Source of the DNA: Balanoglossus misakiensis
Taxonomy: Eukaryota; Animalia; Hemichordata
DNA: 64,000 nt
Direction of reading: 5' to 3'
NCBI GenBank assembly: GCA_040954595.2
Contig: CM082585.2
Coordinates: 10,705,995-10,769,994 of the forward strand
The notes below the pieces were generated by a model, which saw only the letters and a list, made by a program, of their open reading frames with translations, was not told where the DNA came from and did no database searches. Within the stretch, counting starts at the first letter, position 1, and every line of letters starts with the position of its first letter. Made by a program: the position numbers and the translations under genes. This document shows positions 48,932-62,768 of this stretch, in pieces.

Positions 48932-49989
48932 CTCTAAATGTTATCTGAGGCCACCGTACATATATGCAAATTGGTATTTTCCAACTGAAGGCCAGCATAC
49001 ATGCAGATCGGAATTTTCACTTGCGGTTGGACAACCACCATTACAAAACATGCGACACAAGTCAAGTTTCCATCTTCACTTAGTTGGATACTCCTGTGAA
49101 CTGTGGTGGATTCCTTCTGGGCTGTAAATAGAAACAGACGAAAACTAAGAATATTCATACTGAAAATCCCCAAGCAAGCAAAGATGCCTTGATGATATTA
49201 TGCCAACTTGTCATCTTAAAGTATGAACCACTGGTATCAAAGAACCTTCCAAAATAAAAACTGTCAAAACAAACTGTTTTAACTTTCCCACTACATTGTT
49301 CGAAGAAGTTGCTGCATTCAAAATTCCGATGTCCCCCCCCCCCCTCAATAGCTCAATGTCACGTTTGGCCTTTATTCCTACGAGTATGGCGAGTATTGCA
49401 CCGCCTCCCTATTCCGGACGGACCCTCTCGCCTACGTTTGGTTATGTGCTACATGCCCCTACTACTTAGTATAGCCATCGCAAGGCTAAATAAGTGTCGA
49501 TTCTGTCACAAATTACGCAGGGAGTACGTACATACATCGTGTGTAAATTACAGCATGAATGTGGATGATGCGATGGATGGATGGATGGCGGAAGCAAAAA
49601 ATCCCAAACACTTTCCGGTCGTTCCATCTCCACCAAGCAGCAGAACAAGAAAAAATCAAACACCGACCAAATGAGGCTGATTCGATAGTCTTCCATGGAC
49701 AGAATTCACCACTTCTCTCGGCGTTATCCAGACGAATATCTGAATCAAGTCCCCGGGCCCATCGCATAGATCCCGGCAAAACTTTCTACTGAATATTCAT
49801 ATAACTCGTTGAAGTTGGAGTGCGCCCACAGGCGACTGAACAGCGAACATCGATTCCTGCGATTCTCGAATATTTTTGTTCAATATCATTTACTGTCTAT
49901 TCACTGCCTTGGGGATTACTCAGGAGACATGTTGTTTGTCTATCATTGTGTACGTCTTGGCGGTCGTATTGTAAATCCACCGGTTCACT

Positions 49990-50084
49990 GTGATTACATC
50001 ATAAACCCTGGAGAGGAGGGGGGGGGGGGTCGTCTCTCTATAGGGTTTGCTTAATCACACAACCAGGGTTTATGATACAATTAC
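49990..50084. repeat. 95-bp inverted repeat with central G-run
   Basis: GTGATTACATCATAAACCCTGG versus CCAGGGTTTATGATACAATTAC, 19/22 complementary. Confidence 0.7.
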
Positions 50085-50798
50085 CAATCTTAGGAGGAAT
50101 CAGTCTTTTTAACATAGGTGTATATACATGTATATGTACCTGGTTTTCTATGAAGATATTCATATTATCGACGGTTGGATTCCGTGTTTACACAGTTGAG
50201 ATGTAAATAGAAATTCTCGACTACATAGTACACAAAGGATCGTGTAATTTAGCCATTGATCTCGCTGCGGGGTCTATGGTTCAGTCAATTAAACAGTGTT
50301 GCCATAGCTTCCCACACTTTGGGAGACAATAAACGGGCAATCATATGAAATCATTTCAAAATGACGCACGACAACAACAAAGTCGCGGCACTGTGGCATT
50401 GAACTGTGGCAAGCAACGGGACTTTTTAATAAAGCTGTTTTGATCTCTCTGTAAGACATGGTCAATCCCGCACACTGTTAGTGGATTGACCGTGCACCAT
50501 CGATCCTTTCCATCGTATCGATCGTGACACACAACGATCAAGCTCCGATTAAAACACAGCCCAGCTAAAATTAAGACTTTACGAACCCACAAGATGTGTC
50601 TCTAATGACCAAACTATAATGTTTTAATTTCCACCAAGGGGGTGAATTCATGGTTTCAAACTCCGGGCGGTGGAGAAGGTTCGCTCACGTTCGCTCACGC
50701 CTCCATTAATTATAAGATTGTAGTATTGTATGAATTGTAAAAATACTCCATTGTATAACGAAATACTCGCTTTTGTTTATCCAGCCAACATTATAATA

Positions 50799-50880
50799 TA
50801 GTCTAGTATCTAGCCGTATTTTGTTCGCTTCGCATCCAAAAAATAGCGAAATGGTCAAAATACTGCTTGATACTAGACTA
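50799..50880. repeat. 82-bp inverted repeat (MITE-like hairpin)
   Basis: TAGTCTAGTATCTAGCCGTATTTTG versus CAAAATACTGCTTGATACTAGACTA, 23/25 complementary, with an inner TTCGCT/AGCGAA pair. Confidence 0.8.
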
Positions 50881-53273
50881 GTAACATTGACACGGTTAAA
50901 GCCTTCGGCCTTCGTGTCGTTTCCGACTATGGCTGCATGTAGCTCAACGGATTTAAGTTTTGGTGCTTACAACACATATGTTTGACACCCGAACACAGTC
51001 CCTCCACACATAAATGTTAAAGACGACATTGACATCGGCATTTTCCTACCTTGACGCAAACAGTCTCAATCTCATTCGAGACAGGTTGTTTGAAAATCGT
51101 GACATGTCCCCGCTCTTGCTATGTATGTGTCGCGATACATGACCGTCCCCCTTACCGGGTGTTTCTCATGAACAGATATAGTCGTCAGTGACAATGAATG
51201 ACCCGTTGTTCCCACATTCGCTCGTCTATTATAAGAGAGTCCTCCGAAAACAAGACAACCAGCACAAAGAGACGCTCATGCATGTTCATAGTTACGTAAC
51301 TGTGCGTGCGTCACATTACCTAGTTTACCGGCAGTTGCCTGGTGACAATGAGTTTAGGTGCTAGCAGTTCGAGTGTCGCTCGAATTATCTTTGTAATTTC
51401 TATAATTTTTAAGAAATATAAACATTAAATAAGAAATGGAAGCCAACTTCGAAGTTGAATCGAAGACTATTCGAATTACTGATTGTTGATGAATGTATAT
51501 GAGATAGAGGGAAAAAATACGACAAGCGGATATTATGTTATTTATTGTTAAACTTTATTTAGTACTGTATAAAATGTGATATTGTTATGAAAATATACAT
51601 TATGAAATACTCTAAAGATTTCTAAAAATCCAAATTTCTTTTCTTACAAATAACGGGTTATCTCAACGAGAACTGTAGTCAGGGATTTCAAGATCATTTT
51701 AAAAGTTTATAGGCTACTGTTTATTTTTTTAAAGTTGTGAAGGATCAGCTCGCGTCACGCGTACCCTGGAAACCAATTTTGTCACGTGATCGTCTTGGCC
51801 GTAGAGTAAAATGAACCCCAAAACATTTGTTTACCAAAATAAAATTTTAAAAGAATAAAGTATTGCTATTAATTTACAAATTAATACCTCAATCACAAAT
51901 ATCAGTTCGATAATTATCCCAAGTTGCACATTTCATTTAGTACTGCCCATGTATTTAAAAGTTTAATGAAATCGTAACATCATTGACGTAGTTTTATCAA
52001 TAAATTAGAAAAAAATCTCAGTTTTAATCAACCTCGTCTCACTTTCGTGTTAAAGTTTATGATATTGCAACAAAGTATTATTAAAAATATAATTAGTAAC
52101 ATTCGCTCATTTGCTGTTTCGCGTAGCCGATTGTCAAATGTATTTATAAAAAGTTCGAGAAATGAAAAGCTATCAGAATAATTCACTTTCTATGAGAAAG
52201 TTGACGTTTGTCTTGTAGAAAAAATAACAATATACTATATACGCGAAACCCAAATGAGCGAGCGTTTAAAACATTTTTTTTCTGATTAGGTCACTGAGTT
52301 TGATGATGCAAAGACAATATTTCTCTTTGTCTGTAGTTAATGCCGCGAGAAAGTATACACCCTCGCGCCTGCGTAGTACTTGGTATGCAATACATGTCAA
52401 AATAGAAAAGAAATGTACCTCGGTTTACCATGGTTACGTAGCATTTGTAATTCTACTTCGTCTTACATAAAAATATCAGCTCAGCTCAATGTGGAGCCGC
52501 TGTCTCGTGGAAATAAATCATGATAAATCGAAAATTCCTGAGTCATTTTCGTTAGGCACCACATATAGTGCCGGTACATTAGAATGCACGTTAGACTTAA
52601 AGCAATGGTTATTTCAATAAAAAATGGTAAAAAATGCTAATATACGATGCATATTTCAACAAATATTTGAATGCTACATTGAGAAAAGAGGTTGACGCCC
52701 TTGATACGGTGAAAATATAGATGCATAGACTTACGCCCCCGCGCAAGGCATTACATGTCGTCTGTTATTTAAAAGCAAGTCTCCAAAATGATCTGCGATG
52801 ATAAATGTTGCCACCATTAGTAAACAAACCTCTACATTTGTATTTTGAAGAAGTTCTCCATTGTCGTTCGTTGAGATCAAGAGGTCACCGCAGAAACACT
52901 TGACAGGGCGTTGCTTCGTAGACATTGACGTCATTTCTGACTGCTGCTTTACCTTTAACCTCTTGACGTCATCATCAAAAGTGCGCAATACGAAAATCAG
53001 ATTGCAAATGTGGATCGCACCCCCCCCCCCGAATATTCAAAATGTTTAAATTTTCTGCTGTGCGTATCGGACATCCTGTTTCTTGGAAGTGCTGTTGGTC
53101 GTTGATGGCGTATTGCTGCTCGACAAGAAGTTGCGAAGGGTGATCACTGAGATCTTCCAAAATATTACAAGATGTTGTTTAGTTGGAGGTAGAAAAATTA
53201 CAGGTTATTCAACCCAATGTTTGGTAAGGTCATCTTTCATCAACAGTCAGTAAATGGCCAGGCAGGTATACTT

Positions 53274-54161
53274 CTATGGGAGAAGTCCAGGTTCTGCTCG
53301 GTGCAAGAGAAGGTACCGTCGCGTTATTGGCATAGACAATATTTCCAAGAGTTTGTCCTGTTGGTAGTGTTTGTTCCGTCGATGCTTCGCAAGGAAGCGC
53401 TGGGTAGACAGCAGAATGCCACAGACAGAGCATTTATACGGCGTTTTCCACATCCTTATGTCGCGCGTTTTCTTGTTGTCCTCCGAATGTTCATCATCTT
53501 CGGTGAAATACATCTCATCGCTAGAGGGCGCCTTCGTCAGGCTCGTCGGACTTTCCAAACTGGCCACCGAGTCCGTTTCGGTGACGCTAGGCGGGGAGGC
53601 TGAACTTGTCTCGCAACGGTCAAGGTTAGTCGAAATGCAGCCTTTTATGTGGACCTTTTTGTGTCTTTCCAGGTTGCTTTTGTGGCTGGTAGCGTATCCG
53701 CACAATTCGCAGCTAAACTCTTTCTGTCCGCTGTGGACAGTTAGGTGGCGTTTCAGCAAAGCTTTTCTGCAGAAATTTTTCCCGCAGATGGTGCAGTTGT
53801 AACCATGGCGATGCTTTGACTGGATGTGTTTCCTCAGCTCGGCTTTGCTGCCGAAGTCCTTCCCGCAGCACTCCAATTTCTTCTCGCACACCTCGTGCAT
53901 GGTGCTGATGTGTCTCTTCAAATTGTTCCTGCGGTTCGTCTCGTAGCCGCAATCGGAACAGCGGTACGTCCGCCGGGTGACCTGCATCGTGTCCAACGAG
54001 TGAAGCTCATGCAGCGGCGCCTTCACGTCGACCGGGAAGATCTGCCCCAAATTGGTCAGCCCCGCTGTCGGCTCTGTCTGTTTATGCTTGGTGCAGGGAT
54101 CTTCAACGCTGTATGTAGGCGATAGGCACTGCATTGTCAAATCTACAGGCTGATGAAGCAT
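53274..54161 (-). CDS. C2H2 zinc-finger protein (5 fingers), single coding exon, 295 aa
   Basis: Fingers YRCSDCGYETNRRNNLKRHISTMH, CCGKDFGSKAELRKHIQSKH, CTICGKNFCRKALLKRHLTVH, CELCGYATSHKSNLERHKKVH and CSVCGILLSTQRFLAKHRRNKH; SGQKEF linker. A strong splice acceptor at 54186-54187 lies just upstream of the ATG. Confidence 0.88.
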   Translation of the reverse strand: MLHQPVDLTMQCLSPTYSVEDPCTKHKQTEPTAGLTNLGQIFPVDVKAPLHELHSLDTMQVTRRTYRCSDCGYETNRRNNLKRHISTMHEVCEKKLECCGKDFGSKAELRKHIQSKHRHGYNCTICGKNFCRKALLKRHLTVHSGQKEFSCELCGYATSHKSNLERHKKVHIKGCISTNLDRCETSSASPPSVTETDSVASLESPTSLTKAPSSDEMYFTEDDEHSEDNKKTRDIRMWKTPYKCSVCGILLSTQRFLAKHRRNKHYQQDKLLEILSMPITRRYLLLHRAEPGLLP

Positions 54162-55297
54162 TGTATTATAGTTATTCCCGAGTCCCTATTGACATAAAGA
54201 ACAAAGGTGGAAAAAAGAGAAAATGGATCAGTCATATAGCATGTATAGTGGTCTGCACTAGAGTTCCCCTTCACTGACAATCGTTCTTTGGCGTAAATCA
54301 AAACGCCAAACTCATACTTGTGCTCGACAATGAACAACACTTTCCATACGCACGCACACCACATGCCCACAAAGGAAAGTTTAGACGACCCCAATTTTTG
54401 GTCAAAAAGCATCCAGCGAGCACGTTTTTTTTAAACCCACAGCTTAATTTTCAATGAACGGAATAGTATTTCAGTATGCATATTTCCTCGTAGTCTTGGC
54501 AATAAAAAGGACTCAGTCTGAAATCCGTACAGCTGAAAGAAAAATTGTATTCACGTGCACGGGGAAATTGATTGTATGTGCGCAATTCATCAACACAAAG
54601 ATGTGAACGAAAAACTCGCGGATACACCCTGATTGGCGTTGCTGAATGATTCTCTCTCGAGGTTCTGACGCGATCACCAGGCATTTCCATCGTTCTTTTT
54701 TCGCCATGTGGTATGGATGGTTGAAGGCTCCAAATTCATTACATGCGAGTTTGGGCATGCTGACTAATGGATGTAGAAGAGAAATTCTTGAGAGTGGTTA
54801 CTCGCTGGGCACACTTGTGTATGATCAGCTGCAATGTCCATTGCACTAGATTGATTGGGGAGGACTTCGGTTTACAGCCACTGAACTCTATCAGCCCAGT
54901 GCATCAGCAAATAATGCGTTCTTGTTTCACTCGCTAAATGACTTGCTCTTTTGCCCGTCATTTGGCCGTGCGGATTGTTTGAACTTTCATTGTTGTGCCC
55001 GTGAGTAGAAATCATTCTAAGATTTCCCAATAGGATTTTTTTTCTGCTAACGAATCTCTTGTAACGTATCCCTGACCTGTCGCCCCAAACAATAACAGGC
55101 CACGTATCCTTTGAATCGACTGAACTGACTGGGCGCCGTCGACTAACCGTTGAAAGTTTGTGTTATCCCCAAGCCCCACCTTCTCCAACTCTCGCGAGAT
55201 TTGTTGTGAAAGGGGGTTACAGTTATGTCTTACAGATGCGACAATCGTGCATGAACTTGTACACGTATCTTCTTTGAATGTAGCGTCTCCCATGCTT

Positions 55298-55389
55298 TCA
55301 ACCCTTCCACCACCATGGTTTGGTCCAAATCCATTGTTTTCTATGATAAAGTTTACCCTCTACTGAGGGAAATGGGGTGAATGGGTTAA
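55298..55389. mobile_element. Same MITE family, reverse orientation
   Basis: TCAACCCTTCCACCACCATGGTTTGGTCCAAATCCATTGTTTTCTATG..GGGGTGAATGGGTTAA. Confidence 0.75.
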
Positions 55390-58300
55390 AGGGACAGTAA
55401 AATGGACCGGACACCAACGTCGATGATAAGTCTGTATCAATTCCCCTTGCAGTGCTCCTATCTTCCAAGGAAACAATGAGTTTATTGTTTTACATTACAC
55501 TATCACTTGCTGTGTTATCGTTATTCAATCTACAAGCCATCATCCTCCATTGGAAGAGATAGATTGCTAGGTGATTGGATGCGGTTAACACGCACCGTGA
55601 CCTGATGAATGTATAAACGCGCTAAAAAGTCCCCCATTGTGTCCAAGAGAAAATAGGAAAATTGCAGGTACTTATCCAAAATTGTGTGCGGTCAATTTGG
55701 GCCGTCGTTTAAGACCACCTTGTCTGCCAGTGGTCCAGAGAATGCGCATATACATGTACTAGTACGTAACTATGTACACCTTGTAACGTCATGCGACGCT
55801 TGTGATGGAAGAAGTAAAAAAGAAGTTGAAGTTTTGCCAGTTTTGCATAATTGTCGAACGTGATCAACATAGCACCGATTACTAGTACTGCCACAAGGAT
55901 CACATTTTTGTTAACTCTTGGCATTTAGGTTAACCGCATTCAGTGAAACACCAGCGCGGCCGCGTGGCTAAAGTTCCAGAGTCTCCTGATTTCGGGACTC
56001 GTTTGTTTTGAGGACACAGTGGCCGCACCCAGGACAATATGGGAAAAGAATGTCTATCTTGTTTAGTCGAGAGCATCTATCAAACCTTCAGTGGCCTTTC
56101 AACGCCGCTCCGGACAATGTGCTCCATTGAACCGTCTTTTCAAGTTCCTTGATACGGACCAGTGGTTTTATTGCGCCCGGTCGATGAAGATGCATTTCGG
56201 TTGATAGTACTATTGTCGCGGGAGTAAACATGGCCAGTGCTCAGGGCGTGCTTCGGTACATGAAGATAGCGCAACAGAAGTAAACACGTCCCTCGTTTCA
56301 GGAATAAACGCCCAAACAGGTCAACTAGAACTTCACCTAATACGCACGGCAACTTCACACCGTTCGTGGTCTACACAAACACAGACACGCGGATGGACAC
56401 AGACACACACAAGGAATAAAATAACCATGGACAATTAACTTTTTCTTATTTCACTGATCCATTTTTTCGTCCAGTGCGCGGGACACGCACATCCACGCGT
56501 ATTAAGGAACCAATCACCCCATCACGCGGGCGTCGCTATAGTATTTGAACAGCGGGAATCACGACAATGATAAACGCTTTCATTTGAAAGCAACTCAAAC
56601 AGCGACCATCCTCATCATTTTTTACAACTGGTGTAGTACTCTATAAAATCCGAAAACGTTTTATGTGGATCTTTAACTTTTACCGCCTCTTTATTTTCCT
56701 CGAGGACTTTTGGTGTTCGCACATTTGTAAAACAAAATCGACTCCGTGTCTGACCTTTCTGACTGACCCATCTCTGTTTAAGCCAAACTTGGTGATTTTT
56801 GGACGTTCGGGTTCGTGATTGAGAGCCAATCAAAACAAGTAAACTGAAACGCATGACAAGATTTACACCAACGTAGGTATAGATCAAGGCGTTGGTACAC
56901 TGAAGCGATTTATTTTTTACCGTTGAACCGAAAACGGGTAGCCAGGGGCGTGTTTCAGATCTTTGTCGTCAACATTTCCAGTGTGCGTAGGTGTCATCAT
57001 TGTCGTTCACAGGTATTCATTTGTGAATGAAATGGGGTCACGTCAGGACACTTGATGACCAGCACCACACCTACGAGAGAATGCGTCTTAAAAACGTATG
57101 TGCCATTAAAAAAGTTGTGCGACTTGCCAGAACTTGAATGAAAAAAAAGTTAGAAAGCCCGTGCTTTCCGCTACTCAGGGACACGGGAGTGTTGCTGTCA
57201 ACAGCGACGTAGCTAATGTTTTTTTTCGGTCAGATTTTTTTTGCGCAGTGCTTTCTGACGAGTCCATTTAACACTGGTATGTTGGGTTTGCGGATTACCG
57301 TATACGTGAAAGGAATGGCGTATTCTAACTACTTACGCTTTCAAGATCACGACCTCGCGGACACGGCTTCTCTGTGTACCCAACCCGATGTACGTCGGCG
57401 AGTCTCGACACAGCTCTCTTCCCTGTTCATTGAGAATTCTCCACGCGGGTTCACTCGTCTCTTCCAAGTTAAACCTTTTCTTCCGAGTTCTATCCCGTTC
57501 CTGCTGTCGGGTGTGTTTCTGCCCGTTGTGGAGAACTCCCTCCAATGGACCAGCCCTATAGGGACATCTTGACGCGCGGACTATTTATAGCTCGGGTAGA
57601 TGTGAATACAAAACGCCCGGTTCGCGGTGCATTGTATCTTTTTGAAAGCTGTGATCTATTCACCCCGACGGATAATGAAGAGCGCCATTGTCGTATGCGT
57701 ACCTCCTTCTCAGGTCAAGATAGGGATGGGTGCCCCCCGACAAAGACTCTTCCAAAGACGTTCTTACCCCGCGCCAATTTACTACCCGGTAAAATTCCAC
57801 CGATCGCTATCATTTCTATTGTGCGGAACCTGGTCTCGAAAACAATATAACCTCAATTTTCACTGGTATATTTGCCATTTAACAAGTTGTTTTTAGAATG
57901 TAGATTTGTGATGTCACCGCGAAGCGAGTGCGTTACTCTTTGAAGCGATGATCGGGGGCCGAGCACCTTTTTGTGGCTAAGCCAATTTTAATTAAAAAAC
58001 GACACCCGCGGTAGAATGTCGGTCTGTTTAGGGTCGCGTTTGCCGTATGGACAACCAATAACAGACAATGCGCAAACAAACAGCTTTTGGCGGTAAAAAG
58101 CTGACGGTGTTTACACACGGTGGCACACAAGAACCAACAAAATCGCTGCGCTGCAGACGAGCAAACGAGAACACTTTCACAAATCAAGTAGGCATGTTGC
58201 TTTGTGCGACCTTTGTACCTGTGAGACCACTTTCACTGTGTAAATAACAGCGACGTTCGCAATTCAAACGTTCGGATTCACTTGATGCAACGGCCATAGT

Positions 58301-60691
58301 TCTTTTGAACACAGTGCCGGTTTTCTTCAATAAATTCTCCACAGGTAGCCACCAAAATATTCATTCAAAGACTTCTCGCATGCATCTCCAGCGGGTGACA
58401 ACCAAACGCGCATGACTGACGATCCTTACAGTTTGCCTGCCTTCGGGGGCTTTCGTGTTTTGTTCAAAAAAGCTCTGATATACGTGGACTGAAGGATTTT
58501 AAACTAATTTTAGACCCTGGCGAACAAATTTAGGGTATATATATATGCTTTTAACGCCACAATTAGTTTTGTTACGGCGAGGAACTGTTCTCAACACCAC
58601 TGCGCGTGTAGTTGCGCAGGAATTGGCCGAAACTGCCCGGACACATTTCGGGATGGCCTAATTCATATCAGAATTGGCGTTCTGGCGTGCCATGCACTGA
58701 TCAATGAAAACTCATCATATTGCACCATATTTATTTCCATACATTTTGGTTATGCCAAGTCGCATGAGTTATTTTGATGACCAATTTTTGCTTTTTTTTC
58801 CCGACCCACAGACCAATCTTGCCATAACTCTGATCACAGGGACGGTGAAAATGTGACCAAAGGTTTTTGACTGCACAGCATATAGTCAGGACACTGATGT
58901 ACAAGGCGAAGTCATCCGGGGCAAAGGTTAGTCTGGTTGTTGGGGAGATGTCAGTATTTTAAGGGTTGCACCTTCCGCTCCTCTTTAAACTATTGTTATG
59001 CGCGGAAAGCTCTACTACTTGATGAGAATAAATTAAACCAAGTAGTTTGAGCAAACCTAGGGCAATTGTGTCACGTCGCTCGTCCGAAACCGGAACACCG
59101 AATGTCTATGTCCATATGCGTGCACAGTAGACATTAATATAACCATACACGCGCTGTACTGTCTGCGACATGAGTCATTTCAAGTGAAGTCCACGGTAGT
59201 TAGCTTGCGGGGATGCTTTAAATCTGCACGGTAACTTAATCCCCAGCGTCATTCTACCAGGCAAAGTAGTTCGCCGCATCGCCACCCTGTTCCCGCCAGA
59301 AATACAGTACACTGCCCCCATATTCATCCCTCCGGCGCTTCTCTGGTAAACTTTTGGAGGTGAGTGATTTGCAGATGAGGCGGTCACGTATGTCCAAACA
59401 CAAACCTGGGAGCTCAGTTAATCACAGTGTATTTCTAGATGTGACCTTTGATTCAACTATTCAGTTCTTTTTAGAGGATTCGTCGGAGCTACCAAACCGT
59501 GGCTCATTTATCTACGTTAATTTATCATGCCACAGTATAAAATTAGAATGAATGACCGGAATTAGACAGCTTCAAGCATTTGAAGTATTACTGGAAGGGC
59601 TACGTGCGAAGGTCGGGTCTTGTTTAGATTTTGTCAGGAATAAGCAAAATTCAGAATCTAACAGGTGGTTTCTTATTGCATTGTATTGTGTCTAGATTTG
59701 AAAATGGTGTCCGTCAATCAGGAATTACACCACCTATAAAGTGACTGCGTATACGGCTAGGTTTAATTATCCTTCAGTCGAACCCACATAGATTCAAACC
59801 CGCCACTCTCAAAGAAATCGCCCGGGGGTTCTACCGAAAAGACTGGTCTCACCAACGTCCATTCATAACATATCTTTCAGTGGCCTTGATTATGCCGACT
59901 CGCCATCCCAGGAGCTAGTTCAGCAAACGACTCGAACTCACGATCCTAGTTTTCCTTCGATATGTCTTCAGATTAAGCATGCAATCCCCCCCCCTTTCCG
60001 CAGTCCATCCCCTCTTCCCTCAACCCAATCGAACTTGTAGCGCTGTACAAGTAACAACTCGCATTTTCAATGTTCACAACATTGAATAATTACAAAAGTT
60101 GGTATAGCAGACGATAAACCGAAACGCATTGAAATTTTCTGGAATTGCGACTAATGTGCTATAATTTGTGTCGCCAGTCTCCGCATGCGCACATCTTGAT
60201 GGTTTCAGACCAATGCTCGCATATCTCGTGTCCTCCCATTTGTTCCGGATTGTTGGGTTCTCCATTTTTCTCGTCGATTGTGACCCGACAAACATTGTCC
60301 TATTGAGCTGTTTCTGCATTCTGTACGCTTTCTGTGGCGGCCACAAATAAAGGGAAAACTAGCCGCAACCACTCAGACATATTCGAGGACAGACCCTTCC
60401 CGCAGTCTGCTCTTTTAGTTTACTTTCATCAAACGATACGCGGTGATCATAAATGAACGCAGACGTTCCAGGACTAACGACAAAGACAAACGACCTGTAC
60501 TCGAGAAATTCTTCATCTCAGCGACACTAAGTCTCGGCTGGCCACATTATGTTCTTTGCAATTTTGTTTGGGCTGGAAGCGATATCTATCGTTCATTTCG
60601 ACTGACTTCCAAAACAAATGTCTTGTGCCAGAGCAAGCGAACTAGTCAGTTGGCATAACTAACTAAGAAAGTATAAATAACATAAAATAAA

Positions 60692-60755
60692 CAACCAACT
60701 AACTAACCAGCCAACCAACCAACCAACCAACCAACCAACCGACCGACCGACTGAC
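60692..60755. repeat. Compound tetranucleotide microsatellite (AACT/AACC/GACC)
   Basis: Directly visible in the sequence. Confidence 0.85.
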
Positions 60756-62723
60756 TTTTCCAGATAACTTACCTAGTACAGCACAGCACAGCACAATTTC
60801 TATTCTCTCAGAGAATGTTTTTCTTCTTTTCGCGATCAGCACTTTCATAGCCCGACACTGTACAAATACTCAGTATGACTGCTGCATCTGTCGCCGCGGC
60901 TTCATCCCGCCTGATCTTTGGGCGTATATCGTTCTCCGAAGGTTGTTTGATGACGCTCATCAGCCTGGGCAGTGTCAGGGCTTTTGGCGTATACGTATAC
61001 GCACAGGTGTTTAGGCGTCTCGTCTCTGCTTTTTTGTCCGGCTTCAACATGTCCGTGACCCAATCTCTTTCAAGCGCTGGGCAAGTTCAGTGTCAACCCG
61101 CACCCATTTGCTTGACGTCTGTATTTCTCGGGGTTTGTTTTTAATGAGAATGTCAGAAAAAAAACTTATGGCAGCTTTATAAAAATAAAGTGTTTAGGGA
61201 CCATGGATAATTTAGCACGCACATAATAATTGAAACGGCATCATTTTTGTGAATGTACGCGGATAAAAATTAAGCATGTTGCATGTCTTCCCGAGTTCGG
61301 TATATGCAACATGTGAGAGTGTTTGTTGTCTTGGGGTCGCTCTGTAAGGAGAGAGAACGTTGTTGCATTTGGTTGTGAGTGCCTTTGGCAGTCGAACAGT
61401 CACGTTCCAAGTCGCCATAATCGGGCCCGGGGTGAATGAACACTCTTTTAAAGCCATTGAAAAAAACGGAGCAAGGTTGAGTGTCTGTAGTGGAAAAGTT
61501 TCATGCCAAGGTCGAGAGATCTGGACTTAAAAAAGAAACACAAATTAAAAACAACTAAATAAAAATATAGGAAAGTTTATAATAGGAAATGTCCGTTTAA
61601 TTAGTACGACTTCCAAGTTTCGCAGAATCTCGGAAATTATAACCGAATGATATTCTCATCATACGGGTACTTTACCTCCTCATCAAGGCGCTTACACTAT
61701 GCACTTCACACTCAACAAAGCCAAAACGCAGACGCTGTTGCAGACGACCTCTTTCTTTGCGTGTATACATTTGGAGGAAAGGGCCTTGTGTATGCATAAC
61801 TGTTTCAATAACACAAACGTGCGACGATGAACGATACGGTATAATTATTATAACCACAGACAAAAAGATATTCTCTCGTTGTGTTTTAACCAGAATTTTT
61901 CTTCATTATCTTGAAATTTGGCCATTATTCATACGATAAATCTGCTGTGAGTGTATATATGGCACCAAAAGAGTGTTGATAATCATGGATAGCAAAAGTA
62001 AACACGAAGAATAAGGCAGGCTATATGCATTGTACAGAAACACCGTCACAATTCGTATTGGAATTGCGAAGGATCATAGACGTTAGCACTGCATCACAGT
62101 TGCCATGGGACACGCATGCGTGGACGTGACGCGTAATGGGAAATTTATTGGATTAGATGACTTAATTTTTTTACCATTTACAGAGAAAGCATGTCAATAC
62201 CACCATATTGCACGGCAGATGTCGTTTGCGCATGCTTTGCTATCCTGAACTCCAAGAAATTATTTAAGAGAAAATACAGCGCAACTGAGCGATGGGAAAA
62301 TTATATAGATGAATCCATCATATTTGATTGAGGGTTCCCATACCCTCATATTTATCATTCCGTTTCAATGCATCCCTTGTCTCCGGTGTGAACGTGCGAT
62401 GTCCTCATTTTCGACAGAGAATAGACTACAGCGCTGTCGGGCAACAGAAAAAAGCCCAGCATATAGATAGGGCGACAATCTGCGGGTATGAGAAAGAACG
62501 TACCCGTACATTAATATCTGCTTAATTAACTGAGCACAAAGTCTGGAAGATCGATCTTGTATATTTCCTTCGCTTTTTATTTTGTCTGCCTTTGTAACCG
62601 TCCGACCTGCCACGCTTTTTCATTTGTTTTAAAGGTTTTCCTTAACGTCTCCCTACTTGCTCGTTAGATAAAAAACAAATCTTCAAAGCGAAAACTAAAT
62701 TAAAGAACAAAGTGTAAAGAACT

Positions 62724-62768
62724 AACACACACATGCGCACGCACGCACGCACACAAACACACACACAA
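62724..62768. repeat. (CA)n/(CGCA)n microsatellite
   Basis: Directly visible in the sequence. Confidence 0.85.

Noticed and set aside
50931-51000. tRNA-like start (GTAGCTCAACGG)
   Set aside because: No cloverleaf and no proper B box; at most a decayed tRNA-derived SINE.
53217-54125. Plus-strand ORFs of 99-143 aa overlapping the zinc-finger gene
   Set aside because: Antisense shadows of a GC-rich coding exon.
57216-57896. Cluster of 70-118 aa ORFs
   Set aside because: No domains or consistent splice pattern; expected by chance in higher-GC non-coding DNA.
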